Origin: Carcharhinus amblyrhynchos
Lineage: Eukaryota
Assembly (NCBI GenBank): GCA_965287045.1
Contig: OZ336871.1
Location: 90,272,001-90,336,000, forward strand
Direction: 5' to 3'
DNA length: 64,000 bases
Every line of letters starts with the position of its first letter. Position 1 is the stretch's first letter. The notes below the pieces were generated by a model. It searched no databases. It worked only from the letters and a program-made list of their open reading frames with translations, and had not been told where the DNA came from. The translations under genes were made by a program, and so were the position numbers. This document shows positions 1 through 12,128 of the stretch, one piece after another.

Positions 1-1669
1 GTGATATGTCCTTTGCTCTAACAGTTCTCTCATTCCTCCTGCAGAATTATTAATACATTATTCTTGCATGAAAGAAGAGGTTTATAATTTTAAGCTCAAG
101 ACTTTCGATGCTGAATCCTACAAAACTGACATTGCCGCAGGAACAACTCCTAGCTATTCTCTGAATTCCTTCAGGCAAATAAATATATTAGTGTTTGCAT
201 ATGGGAGCTGAACTGCTGGTCAAGGTCAACCTGAGTTACAATAAAATGTCTACTTTCTGTTATTTTAGGAATAGTCTCAAACCTCTAGGTGTTTTCTATT
301 AATCTTAGCATTTTTATAGGTTTTACTTCAGATAGTTTTCATTCCATAACATTTTTATTTTCATTAGTGAGGCTTGAAGGATAGTATTATGTTGGTCTTA
401 TTTGTGTACCAGTGTGCCATATGGACTGAAGGTTGCTGACACTCATGGAACTGGACCCAGCGTGAGTCACCACGCTCAAGGAGAAAGGAATGCAATTAAA
501 AGAGAAACACTCCGTCAAGCTCACTTTGACGACTTTCAGGAGATTGCATATTGGGCTCCATGAGTGTTTAGAATTTGATGGTGTGCACAGCTATTGTAAA
601 ACCATACTTGGTCAATGCATGTCATTGGAGATAGTGGTTTGCTACCGTAGGCTTATGCTTGCTCCCTCAGCTAGTAAGAACATAGGGTATCAATCAGTCA
701 CTTAATTATAGGTGATAACTGTCAAAGATGAACTATTTTCAATTGCATTATCAATAAATAGATGTTAAAAACGCTAATCTGAGGCTGGTCAAATTTACAG
801 ATGTGAGTTGAAGATGTAATCGCAATGAACTCAATTGTGTTGGACATGTTGAATACATCGAATTTGTCCAGTATTTTACCACCCATGTTAAGTACACCCA
901 CCCATACTTGGGTGATCTGGCAATGACTGCCGTTAACAATAGCGGAAAGTGGCAGTTGCTGGCCATAGTCTGTGAGGTAGCCAAAGAGCTGATTCCTCAC
1001 ATGTTTCTCTTCACAGGTCAATCCAACATTTGACAAAAAGGAAGTTAGGGACTGTTATTCCTGGTGATAAAGTGATTAATTTAATGAAAAGAACCCTGAC
1101 CAGTATGAAATCCAGAAACTGTTTGGTCTTTGTACAATGATTGAGTCCAGACTGAACTAATAGACTGAGAAGTTGCTCAAACTTGCATCTTGAAACTATA
1201 CAATATAATTTTTCTCCAAGGGGAAAGGACATTTATGCTAGAAGTTACTGTTGAGAACATTCACAGATGAACGATTCATGTACTTGAGTGGCATTTCTCC
1301 TTCCAATATTCTGATGGCGCTGTTTGCCTGTTTATTTTAACTGTCTGTTTAGCGAGTGGCAAATTCTGAATTGCTTTTCTCATGGTTTATGCTCACAAAC
1401 CCTAGAGGGCAGCAAAACCTCAGCAGCTAAAAGTCATCACACACAAGGAAGATTTGAGTACCTGCAGAGTTGCCTAGTTTTTATTGCCTTTCTTTGACGT
1501 TTAGGAGTATTTGTTTTTGATTAAAAATACAATTAAGTCAGCTCGTTTTGTGAACTAAAACAAACACGTTAACTCTGAGTGTTCTGCCTAAATAGAAATA
1601 GAATCTCATGGCTTTTAAAAGTCCTTTTTACGTTCAGATGCTGGCACTATTTCCAAAAATACAGAGAAA

Positions 1670-2015
1670 ACTTGGAGAAGATTGAATTAAATGTTCAAAG
1701 TTCTGAAGAGTTTTGATCAACTGAATGCAGACAGGCTATTTCGTTTAATTGGGAAGTTGGTGATTTAAAATAATCAGGTTAGGAAACATTTCTGTACGTT
1801 GAGAGTTACACAGTATGGAATGCTTTGCCACGACAATTAGTTCAGCCAGAGACTACTGCATCCTTTCAGAGAAGTTTAGAAAAATATTCGAAATGGCTGG
1901 AGACAAAGGGCTATGGGAGAGAGCAAAACAGTGGGATTAGTGTGGATTGCTTTAGTGAAGGGCCAGAATAGATGCAATGAGATGGTTTCCTTCTGTGTTA
2001 TAAACTTCTCTGGAA
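1670..2015 (+). mobile_element. Old, highly diverged CR1 LINE 3' fragment
   Basis: Degenerate CR1 3' motifs: 'ggttaggaaacatttctgtacgttgagagtt...tggaatgctttgcca' and 'gatggtttccttctgtgttataaacttc'. Confidence 0.6.
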
Positions 2016-2134
2016 TTCCAAGTGTGCACTCCTGGGAGTGAAGATTTGTACTGTTAGCATGAACTTTTGAAAGGTCTCTGAATTGCTGAGCTAGGTTCTT
2101 CTTATGCTTCTCATGGGATAATTTAATTTTGAGA

Positions 2135-2204
2135 AATATACATATGTTTCATATATAATATATGTATATATATGTGTATATAAACAGATAGATATTGTAT
2201 ATAT
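2135..2204. repeat. Imperfect (TA)n / AT low-complexity tract
   Basis: Runs of atatat and tatgtatata seen directly. Confidence 0.7.
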
Positions 2205-2416
2205 GTCCAAAGATGTGCAGGTTAGATGGATTGACCATGTTAAATTGCCCTTTAATGTCCTAAGATGAGTAGGTTAGGGGGAATTAGTGGGGTAAATATG
2301 TTTAGTTACAGGAGAGGGCAGGGGGTGGGCCTGCATAAAATGCCCTATCGGATGGTTTGTGCAGACTTGATGGACCAATGGCTTCCTTCTGCACCTTGGG
2401 GATTCTATGATTCTAT
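2205..2416 (+). mobile_element. HE1-type V-SINE, 5'-truncated, CR1-like tail
   Basis: 'gtccaaagatgtgcaggttag...aaattgccc' core, ending in 'gattctatgattctat' tail repeats. Confidence 0.85.
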
Positions 2417-2686
2417 ATAGAGTGAATTGGTTTCTTGAGATCTTTGCATTGTGTGACAGTTTCAGTTGAGTCTGAAGCCATGCTCGTAATCTATTTCACT
2501 CAGTTTATATTTGCACAGATTAAAAAAGTAGAAAGAAGAATAGTCGCAAAATGTTAAAAATACAAAAAGTGAAGGGTAAAGGACAGATTAGCATTTGGAT
2601 GGTGAAGTTTTGCCTTTTCCCCAAAGCTTGTTCTCAGGTTTGACAGGAGTTTTCATAAGCAGGTCAAATCCTTACAAACTAAAATC

Positions 2687-3008
2687 TAGAATCATAGAAT
2701 CCCTACAGTGCAGAAGGAGGCCATTCGACTCATCAAGCCTGACAACATTCCCACCTAAGCCCTATCCCTGTAACCCTATGTATTTAACTTGCTAATTCCC
2801 CTAACACTAAGAGCAATTTAGCCTGGCCAATCAACCTAACCTGCACATCTTTAGACTGTGGGAGGAAACTGGAGAACCAGAGGAAAGCCACACAGACACA
2901 GGGAGGACGTGCAAACTCCACACAGACAGTTACCCAAGGCTGGAATTGAGCCTGGGTTTCTGGTGCTGTGAGGCAGCAGTACTAACTACTGTGCTACCAA
3001 TGCCGCCC
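2687..3008 (-). mobile_element. HE1-type V-SINE, near full length
   Basis: Reverse complement has a tRNA-like head (ggtagcacagtagttag...ctcaattcc), the V-domain (ctgtgtggagtttgcacg) and a gattctatgattcta tail. Confidence 0.9.
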
Positions 3009-3047
3009 CAGAATAATTCAGGGCAGTTTCACAGAAACAAATTGTTA

Positions 3048-3119
3048 TTCCAAAACCGGGAATCAAATCCAAGCTGCGGTGGTGAAAGTGCTGAATCCTA
3101 ACCACTAAATCACCAGGGA
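3048..3119 (-). pseudogene. tRNA-Glu(TTC) pseudogene
   Basis: Reverse complement TCCCTGGTGATTTAGTGGTTAGGATTCAGCACTTTCACCACCGCAGCTTGGATTTGATTCCCGGTTTTGGAA (72 nt) is colinear with vertebrate tRNA-Glu. Anticodon TTC at 3084-3086. The B-box (GTTCGA to ATTTGA) and acceptor stem are damaged. Confidence 0.85.
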
Positions 3120-3199
3120 AGTTCCTTGCTTGGGGTGCAACAATTTTCTACTCTAAATAAGGCCAATCATGTCTGATAAAGGATCAGTGACATGAAAAA

Positions 3200-3855
3200 T
3201 GTTATCAAACCAAATTTGACGTAAAACCATGTAAAAAAATATCCGGATGGATGACCAAATGCTTGGTTAAGTAAGTAGGTTTAAAGGCAGTTAGAAATGC
3301 AGAAAAAGTGAACCCCAGAGCTTAGGGTAAAGCAGTTGAAAATGCAGCTGTTATTCATGAAACAATTAAAATTAGGGAAGTGGAAGGGGCCGGAACTGAC
3401 AGAGTGCAGTGGATTGTGGGGTTAGAGGAGATGATAAAAATGGGGATGGGCAAGGTTTGGATTTGAAAACTTGGGGCGGCATGGGAGTACAGTGGTTAGC
3501 ATTGCTGTTTCACAGCTCCAGGGATCTCGGTTCGATTCCCGGCTTGGATCACTGTCTGTGTGGAGTTTGCACATTCTCCTCGTGTCTGCGTGGGCTTCCT
3601 CCAGGTCTCCAGTTTCCTCCCATAGTCAAAAGATGTGCGGGTTAGGTTGATTGGCCATGCTATAATTGCCCCGAGTGTCCTGAGATGCATAGGTTAGAGG
3701 GATTAGCAGATAAATATGTAGGGATGTGGAGTGGGGCCTGGGTGGGATTGTGGTCAGTGCAGACTCGATGGGCTAGATGGCGTCTTTCTGTACTGTAGAG
3801 TTACTATGATTCAAATTTTAGAATGGAGGCATTGCTTAACCAAAGGCTAATGAAG
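3200..3855 (-). mobile_element. L2 LINE 3' fragment, interrupted by the HE1 SINE at 3473-3812
   Basis: 'gatgaccaaatgcttggttaagtaagtaggtttaaagg...ccagagcttaggg...ggatttgaaaac' resumes after the SINE as 'aaattttagaatggaggcattgc'; matches recalled shark L2 3' sequence. Confidence 0.6.
3473..3812 (+). mobile_element. HE1 V-SINE, full length
   Basis: A-box/B-box head (agtggttagc...ggttcgattccc), V-domain and CR1-derived tail 'gcagactcgatgggctagatggc...ctatgattc'. Confidence 0.92.
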
Positions 3856-4064
3856 GGGGTGTTAATGAGGTATTGATTAGATTCAGGTGGGGAGTGTGCT
3901 GTGTTTTCAACTAAGGCCATTGAAGGCCAGCATGTAAATGTTAATTAAACAAAGATCAAAGATTGATTGTTTGAGACAGCAATTGTATCGGTTCAAATTT
4001 GGGAAAAGAATCTATCAAAGGTGATTCTCTGGCTATGACTAGATCGTTAAGACACTAGATTGAT

Positions 4065-4205
4065 TCCTAGTATGAAAGGATTGCTCTAAGATGGAAGGCT
4101 GAGCAAATTTGATTTATCCTGTCTAGAATTTAGAGGATTGAGAGGTGAATCCCATTAAAACATGTAAGATTCTAAAGGGGCTTGATAGGTTAGAGACTGA
4201 CAAGC
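4065..4205 (+). mobile_element. CR1 LINE internal 3' fragment
   Basis: 'ctagaatttagaggattgagaggtgaatcccattaaaacatgtaagattctaaaggggcttgatagg', the LEFRRLRGDLI..YKILKGLDR-type motif. Confidence 0.75.
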
Positions 4206-4317
4206 TGAGTGGGAGGTAGAGAGACCTTATCAGATTCATTAAGCTCAGCCAATTGAAATAACTATCCTGACTGAGTCTCCTGATTATTTAGGTACAACAA
4301 CAGTAAAATATGACACA

Positions 4318-4856
4318 ATAAGACCATAAGACATAGGAGCAGAATTAGGCCACTTGGCCCATTGAGTCTACTCCACCATTCAATCATAGCTGATATTTTT
4401 CTCATCCCCATTCTCCTGCCTCTTCCCCATAATCCCTAATCCCCTTATTAATCAAGAACCTATCTATCTCTTTCTTAAAGATACCCAATGACCTGGCCTC
4501 CACAGCTTTCTGTGGCAAAGAGTACCACAGATTCAGCACCCTCTGACTGAAGAAATTCCTTCTCATCTTTGTTTTAAAGCTTTGATCCTTTAGTCTGAGG
4601 TTGTGCCCTCTGATTCTAGTTTTTCCTACTAGTGGAAACGTCCTCTCCACGTCCACTCTATCCAGGCCTCGCAGTAAGTTTCAATAAGATTCCTCCTCAT
4701 CCTTCTAAACTCCAACAAGCACTGACCCAGAGTCTTCAACTGTTCCTCATATGACAAGCTCTTTATTCCAGCATCTTTCTTGTGAACCTGCTCTGGGCCC
4801 TTTCCAAGGCCAGCACATCCTTCCTTAGATATGGGGCCCAAAACTGCTCACAGTGT
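4318..4856 (-). mobile_element. CR1 (HER1-like) LINE 3' end
   Basis: ORFs 4402-4656 and 4629-4841 encode the CR1 ORF2 C-terminus (RGHNLRLK...RRNFFSQRVLNLWYSLP); terminal 'cataagac' repeats. Confidence 0.92.
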
Positions 4857-5631
4857 TTGATTCATGATTTGATTTGTTCTATTTGGGTTACAGCTGATGT
4901 TGAAATGTCAAGAAAGAACATGCTTTCAGTGCTTATAAATGTTGAAGGACTATGGTTGTGTTTCACATCCCGCAAATGAGAGATTATTCACAAGAGATGG
5001 AGATAAAAATAGTTCCAACTTACCCAACCATTGAATACAACAGCATTTTGAGAATTAAAATGTTCAAGCATAAAATGACCATTGGACTGGAATTTATTTT
5101 TGAATTGTGGATGTGACATGCCCTGAAACTCTGGGATATAGGTTTATGTCAGTAAGCATCCAAGATGGTTTGTCCCACAGTTCTCCATGTTGCTTGCTGA
5201 ACGCAGATTATTCTCATTCACCTCCTAGTAACTCCTTTCAGGGAAGCATTACCTAGACTCCTTCCCCATCCCCTAAAAAGATTGTTCAATCTACCCTATC
5301 ATCCAGTGAAATCCCCAAACTGTACCAGCCTTCTATGAACATTTGCAAGTGAGATGTCTCCCTGTTTCTGGTAGGGGGTCTGGCTGCCACCTATGAAGGA
5401 TCACACCAAAACAGCAGTAAGCCAAACGTCAGTTTGCCTGGTGCATTAAGTGCAGAGTCAATATTGCCCCATTTCCTCCAAGTTAGCAGCTACTGAAAAT
5501 TAATCATGTGCACTTTCACAACTTAAGAATTGGCTGCGTTGACAGTTCTACTTTATGCCTTTCATCTCACAGAGAACTTCCAAGGGCCCTGCAAAAGACA
5601 GGTGAAGACTCCTTAGTGATAGCCACTCATT

Positions 5632-5901
5632 CGGCATGGTAGCTCAGTGATTAGCGCTGCTGCTTCACTGTGCCAGGGATCCGGGTTTGATTCCTGGATT
5701 CGGTCACTGTCTGTGTAGAGTTTGCATGTTGTCTGTGTGGGTTTCCTCTAGGGTGCTCTGGTTTCTTCCCACATTCTGAAAGATGTGCTGGTTAGGTGCT
5801 TTGACCCGAACAGGCGCCAGGCTGTGGCAACTAGGGGAATTTCACAGTAATTTCATTGCAGTGTTAATGTAAACCTTACTTGTGACTAATAAATAAACTT
5901 T
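5632..5901 (+). mobile_element. HE1-headed SINE with alternative hairpin tail (class B)
   Basis: HE1 head and V-domain, then 'cccgaacaggcgccagg...tttcacagtaatttcattgcagtgttaatgtaaaccttacttgtgactaataaataaacttt'. Confidence 0.88.
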
Positions 5902-7202
5902 AATTTTTCATTCTGAGGAAGGACAATCACAGGTTTCGTGCTCACTGTCCACACCCTGGAGGGGTTGGCAAAAGATAGTTGGGTTGTCATTTGGTGTCTC
6001 TCACTTCAGAAGTGAGCCAAGATAAGGTGGAGATAGAGAGAGAGCAATCAAAGAATGCATGACATTTCTGCTCAGCTGGATGTAAGTACTGAGTGTCGGG
6101 GCCTTCAACAAAGAGGATGGTTTTGGAGTGGCAGCAGAAAATGTGTTATGTTCTATCAATCTTTCCAGTGATATCCATGCTTGGAGAGAGATTGGATGCG
6201 TCCACCTCAACTATGAATGCCACGATGTCACAGGTTTTTGATGTCTGCGTCCATGGAAAGAGTGACCACCTGTCAGGAATGTCAGACAAAAAACTTCATG
6301 TTGGTCTTCACCAGTTGCCTGCACACGTAGACTGCCTCCTCTATCAGGGTTGATGATAGCCTAGGTCTGGCTCATCAGAGCCTCACTCGTGCTACAAACT
6401 GCTGTCTAACTCAGCACTATCCAGGATGTTAAGATTATTCATGAGAAGGAAGGTGGATTCCAGCATCCCCCCTTCTTTCCTACCTGCCTACTGCATTAAC
6501 ACACCACCTGTCTAACATGCCCAATATCTCCTTAACAAAGACACATCGTGGCCTGACCAGTCTCTGGGATCCATTGGACCTTCTTCTTCTTGTTGCAGTT
6601 CAGCAGTGCCCATTGACACACTATTGGTACTGCCAGGACTGATGGAGCTGCTGGCCAATCTGATTGCTGGCACAGTCAAAAGATTATCCTCAGGATGTAT
6701 CTCTTTCCAATATTGCGCCACCCAATTAAAGTAATTATTGACAAAAGCTGTGGTTTTGTTTCAAAATCAGCTTCTCCATTGGCTTTAGGGCAGTACGTGC
6801 TGAAGGGACTATGAAGAGTCTGCTTAGCATGAGGTGGTTTCAAAGTGCCTGTGAAAAATTTCCCAGCTTATTTTAAGAGTGTGAGCTTTTATGACCTGAA
6901 AATATGTGGTAGCAAGATTCTGGCATGTAGATTGTTCTGATTTAATGAGAACAGGAGCTGCCAATTAGCACTCCCATGCCTCTATCAATCTCCCTTACTT
7001 GGGCCCAGTGAGGCGAACCATCCCCCATTTGGAGCAATGTGTTTATTTTAAGTGTCCAGCAGAAGTGTTATACTATTAAACTGCATCACATCACTGCACA
7101 GAAAGCTCCTTAAATCTTCTGATGCTAGCATGAATTCCTTTTGTTTATTGTTATTGATTTAGTTCAAAAAAAATTTCTGTAATATAACCATGCTTCTTTC
7201 AG

Positions 7203-7261
7203 CTTTGTCAATCCATTTAAAACAAAAAATACCAGAAAGACGGCTCATGGATCCAGAAAAG
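7203..7261 (+). CDS. Candidate internal coding exon (59 nt) of an unidentified host gene
   Basis: Acceptor 'tgcttctttcag|', donor 'AAG|gtaaat'. Open as (x)LSIHLKQKIPERRLMDPEK or FVNPFKTKNTRKTAHGSRK. Lies in sequence not recognised as repeat. Confidence 0.45.
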
Positions 7262-7627
7262 GTAAATATTTTTGCAAGTAGGAGAGCAGTGGATTTTCTA
7301 CCCCAATATTTGTTTTCCATTTAGACTCAGCATGCTTCTCTCTATAATCACCCTGTTACAAAATGGATAAAAAAATTGAAGGTGCATTTTTTGGAATGTA
7401 AAGAATGCTTTGCCTACATGACTTACAATGTATAAATGTTGCATGGTTCTTCAGCTGGGTAGAGTCAATCCCAGTGGACCCTTCCCCGAGATTGTGCTCT
7501 CCTAATGCATTGGTAATGAATGATCGTTCTGTACTTTGTCTCCTGAGATTATTTCACGTAATAATCTGCTCCACAATATTATCAATGTTCAAAACTGACT
7601 TGTGTGCAATCAAAGCACCTCAGACAG

Positions 7628-7796
7628 TCATAGAATCTATACAGTGTAGAAGGGGGCTATTTGGCCCATCAAGCCTGAACCAACAATAATCCCACCCAGA
7701 CCCTATCCCCATAACCTCACTAATACCCCAGACACTCAGGGACGATTTAGCATGGCCAATCCACCTAACCTGCACACCTTTGGAGTGTGGGAGAAA
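7628..7796 (-). mobile_element. HE1 V-SINE 3' half
   Basis: 'catagaatctatacagtgtagaagg...tttagcatggccaatccacctaacctgcacacctttggagtgtggga'. Confidence 0.85.
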
Positions 7797-8354
7797 TCTC
7801 CAAGCCATTGTACATGGTGTGTTTGATACTGGTTGGTTAAACCACACATGCTTCCACTAGGGCACATACATTTCAGTGTACAAAGAGAAAGGATGTTCCC
7901 ATCTGATCCTAACTGTTCTGGTGACTAATGCACAGAGACGGATACTTACCTTAAGTACATTGCTCCAGCAATAGTTGCTACAATTGTGTTCTCTGTACAT
8001 TTAGGACAAACTCCATCCTTGAGAATAAACACTAAGTATGATGCCAAAACCCAGAAAAGGTGTTTGCTAAAATGGGTACTGTGTTGCCATCTGTTAACTT
8101 AATGCATTCTACCAGAAGTAGTTAGAAGAGATACATGCTGCAGTGAGAAAACAACATTTTGGGCAGGATTTTCTGGTCACACTCACCCCAAATCTGGGAA
8201 ATTCCACTCAAAATCAACAGGCTTTTGCATGGTCCGCCCCTGTGGGGGGCGGGAGGGGAATATTCATATCTTTGCATCTTGGGAGTGAAGGGTACTAGTT
8301 CAAAGCGTTGTCGGTTGCTGATGGCTACAATTAACCTTTGCTCTTAATTCTTTA

Positions 8355-9501
8355 TCTCTTTCAAAAAGTGATCAAGTCTGTGAATGGGAGATGTGCAGCT
8401 GATGTAGATTGTATAATTTAAGCAAAGCCTTTGACAAAGCCCCACATGGGAGACTAATTGAGAAGGTTGAAGCACATGGAATTCAGGGAAACTTGGTGAG
8501 CTGGATCTGAAACTGGTTTAATAATAGGACACAAAGGTTGGTGGTCGAAGCGTGTTTGAGTGACCAAGGTTCACTGCTGGGACCCGTATTGTTTGTTTTA
8601 TACATAAATGATAAGCAAGTTTGCAGATCACACTAAGATTGGTAGGGTGGTTAATAGGAAGAAGATTGTTGTAGGTTACAGGAAGATATAGATTGGTTAG
8701 TCAGATGGGAAGAACAGTGGCAGATGGTATTTAACCCTGATAAGTGTGAGGGGTACAGTTTGGAAGAAGTAACAGGACAAAGGAGTATTTCATGAATAAC
8801 AGGACACCAGAAGCTCAGAGGAGCAGGGGGTACTTATTCACAGACCCCTGAAGGAGGCAGAGGTGAATACAATAGTTAAGAAGGCGCATGAAACACTTGC
8901 TTTTAACAGTTGTGGCATACAGAATAAAAGCAAGGAGGTAATATTGGAGCTGTACAGAATGTTGGTTAGGCTACAGCTGGAGTAGTGTGTGCAGTTTTGG
9001 TTGCCTCACTGTAGGAAGGATGTGATTGCTCTAGAGGGGGTGCAGAGGAGTTTCACCAGGATGTTGCCTAGGATGGAATAGTTGAGCTGTAAGGAGAGAC
9101 TAAGTAGGCTTGGATTGCTTTCTTTAGAGCAGAGAAGACTGAAGGGGAACATGATTGAGGTGTATAAGATTATGAAGGGTACGGACAGGGTGAACATGAA
9201 GCAGCTGTTTTCCTTGGTTGAGGGGTCAGTCACAAGGGGGCATAGTTTTAGGGTAAAGGGCAGGAGATAAAGAGAGGATTTGAGAATATTTTTGTACTCA
9301 AGGGGGTGTGGAGGCTAAAAACCTTACAACTTTTAAAACATACTTGGATGAACGCTTGAAACATCATAACATTCAAGGGTATAGAACAGGTGTTGGGAAA
9401 TGGGATTAGCGTGTCTTTTGTGGTAGTTGTTGTCAGTGCAGACTCGATGAGCCAAAGGACCTTTTCTGTGTTGTACGACTCCATGACTCTATGACTTTAT
9501 G
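8355..9501 (+). mobile_element. CR1 LINE, RT region to 3' end, decayed
   Basis: SKAFDKAPHGRL, KFADHTKIG, WQMVFNPDKCE and LEQRRLKGNMIEVYKIMKG motifs; tail 'catgactctatgactttatga'. Confidence 0.92.
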
Positions 9502-11690
9502 AACACCGCATCTCTCACATAGGATCCAGTGCTACACAGTGACTGTCTCAAGGGGTGCTGAGATACCCAAGGAAGTAATACAGCCCAACGCCCAACCTCA
9601 ACTAAGCACAATCTAGAGTGGGTGAAGCATATATATAAATCCACCATGCTGGTTCAGGTAGTGAGTTAGAGTAATGAGCATTTGTTAAAATTATTAGAAA
9701 TTAAAGACCTTGGGATTTTTTTTGCTTGCACACTCTTTTTTCAAGCCCATTTCCTTTTTCTGAAGGACTTGCCTCTGCACCTAAATGCCTATTTCCCACA
9801 GCTTTCTTTTCTGAAGATCCATGATAGCACCCATAGTAGCCATTCTTCCTCTAGGTTGTGCTGCACGGGGATTTTCAATGTTAAGTGTGCTTTGGTTGTC
9901 ACACAATCACACCTGCTTGGTGTAACATGATTTGTGGGTGGTATTGTATAGGTTAGTGACTTTTCCTTCAAGATTTTCTTTTCAAATATTAATTTTAGCA
10001 TTTGCAATGTTTTAATCCTTATTTCTTTAAGGTCAGTTTCTACAGGTTTTTGGGAGATAAGAATATAGTTGCGCAGCCACTCTGTTCCGACTGGTAGGTC
10101 AGGTTAAAATTGTCCCCTGGATGTTAACTCTCCACCCCATCAATAATATTTCTTTATGGTAAACAAACAGTTTTAAGAATATTTGTTACATTCTGGATGT
10201 CACATTTCTGATATCCCACTTTGTGTAAAAGATAAACAAATCATAACTGAATAATCTTTATACAAGTATGCAAGAAGCTGGAGAACTCCAGTTATTTTCT
10301 GCTTGATATGTGACCTTGAGATCACTTGGCCTCTCCACAGAGAGAAAGCAGCCAGGCAACAATCAGTCTTGAGGATCTTTCCAGCAACAACAAAAAATTA
10401 GCCATGCCCAGATTAACAGCTAAAAGTTACAGTTATGCTGCAGACTCCAGACTACCTGTGACCAGTGCCACAGAAGATCAACCAGTTACAGCTATAAACA
10501 GCAAGTGCTGAAAATATATCATGAAATAATAACATTCCAGAGTTAGATCCTTCACAGAACTGGTTGGTATGACAATGAGTCTGCACTCAAACATTAACTT
10601 CTCTTTATTCTTTTTAAATACTGACAGACCTTAGCAAAGGGCAGCAAGCACTGGTCTAGCTATTGAATAAAAATAACCTACTGTAGATATTTTTTAAAAC
10701 TTCTTTTGTTGAAGCATTGTGATTTTTTTTTAGTTTACAAAACATCTTTATCATAACTATCTGAATGTTATGGATTGTTCTAGTGAATGGTGTGAGTGTG
10801 TATGTACTGAAGTATCACAGCTCCCTGTTATTACTGTAACATGCAAGTACCAGTGGGGTTTTGAAGCTGTCATGTCAGACAGCAGATTGAACAAAAGACA
10901 AGAGTCTTTGTGCAAATGGTTCTTGAGAACTTTTCTTTCTGGATGTTACTTCGTCCTTTTCACCTTAGTTTTGACATACCTGATACTTAATATACTTCAC
11001 CAGTTACCCTGAAGGATTATTTACGAGAATGTGCTGCGTGGGTTCATTTACTGCCTTTGTTTGCCTTGCATCTTTTAAAACCACAAGCAGCAAATCATAT
11101 ATCCATGTCAACTGAATTGACTTAATTATTATTGTGGTAAAGAAATCACTTCAGATTAATTGAGTTTTATACAAAAAGAGCTGTGACTCCTGCTGACTGG
11201 AATGTCCCCAGAATGTCTGTGGCATATGCCAGTGACGTCATTGTGGCACCAGTGAGACTCAGCCTTGTAGACCTTTAACTCTTACTGCATTCATTCACGA
11301 CTTGATATGGACAATGTTTGGTGACAAGTATGCAATGTGCAGCATTAAGTTATGGTTGATTAACTCGAGTTTGATTATTGGCATACCATTTTGAATCATT
11401 GCACTACTTACGTGCATTCTCACATTTTTGTAAATTTTTAACTCGGTGGCAGTATTTTTAATTAAGGGCACATTGAGGAAACTGTTTCCCTTTGCTCACT
11501 AGTATTAGGGAACTGGTAGATGTGAGTATAAAGTTGGAAATGCCACTTTAGATTTACTTTATCATTAAAATTATTGAACTGAGGAAAGTACACCCAGAAG
11601 TGATTTGCCAAGAAACAATGAGCATGAATTCCTTTGGGAATTTTGTAATACTGACAAAACTGAAGAAATATAGGATTTATTTCGCATGAT

Positions 11691-11826
11691 ACTGGTTTCC
11701 TCCCATAATCCAAAGATATGCAGGTTATGTGGATTAGGAGCCATGCTACATTGTGCCTCAGAGTCCCAAGGTGTGTAGTTAAGATGGATTAGCCATGGTA
11801 AATGTGGAGAAACAGAGAGAAGGTGG
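11691..11826 (+). mobile_element. HE1-type SINE internal fragment, cut by a class B SINE
   Basis: 'ctggtttcctcccataatccaaagatatgcaggttatgtggatt...ccatgctacattg'. Confidence 0.7.
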
Positions 11827-11830
11827 ATTT

Positions 11831-12128
11831 AAAGTTTATTATTTTTGTCACAAGTAGATTGACATTAAAACTGCGATGAAGTTACTGTGCAAATCTCCTA
11901 GTTGCCACATTCCAGCACCTATTTGGGTTCACTAGGGGTGAATTTAGCCTGGCCAATGCACGTAAGCAACATGTCTTTTGGATGGTGGGAGGAAACTGGA
12001 GCATCCAGAGGAAACCCATGCAGATATCGGGAGATTATGCAAACTTCATACAGATAGTGACCCAAGCCGGGAATTGAACCTGCATCCTTGGCGCTGGAGG
12101 CAACAGTGCTAACTATGCTGCAACATGC
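11831..12128 (-). mobile_element. HE1-headed SINE, class B tail
   Basis: 'aaagtttatt...gtcacaagtag...gatgaagttactgtg' tail, V-domain and tRNA-like head on the minus strand. Confidence 0.88.

Noticed and set aside
722-1232. Overlapping minus-strand ORFs, faintly like a LINE endonuclease
   Set aside because: No diagnostic motif could be confirmed by eye.
3473-3545. SINE heads as functional tRNA genes
   Set aside because: They continue into the V-domain and LINE-like tails; they are tRNA-derived SINE promoters only.
6001-6721. Short ORFs in a slightly GC-richer segment
   Set aside because: No recognisable domain or splice structure; probably an old unclassified repeat.
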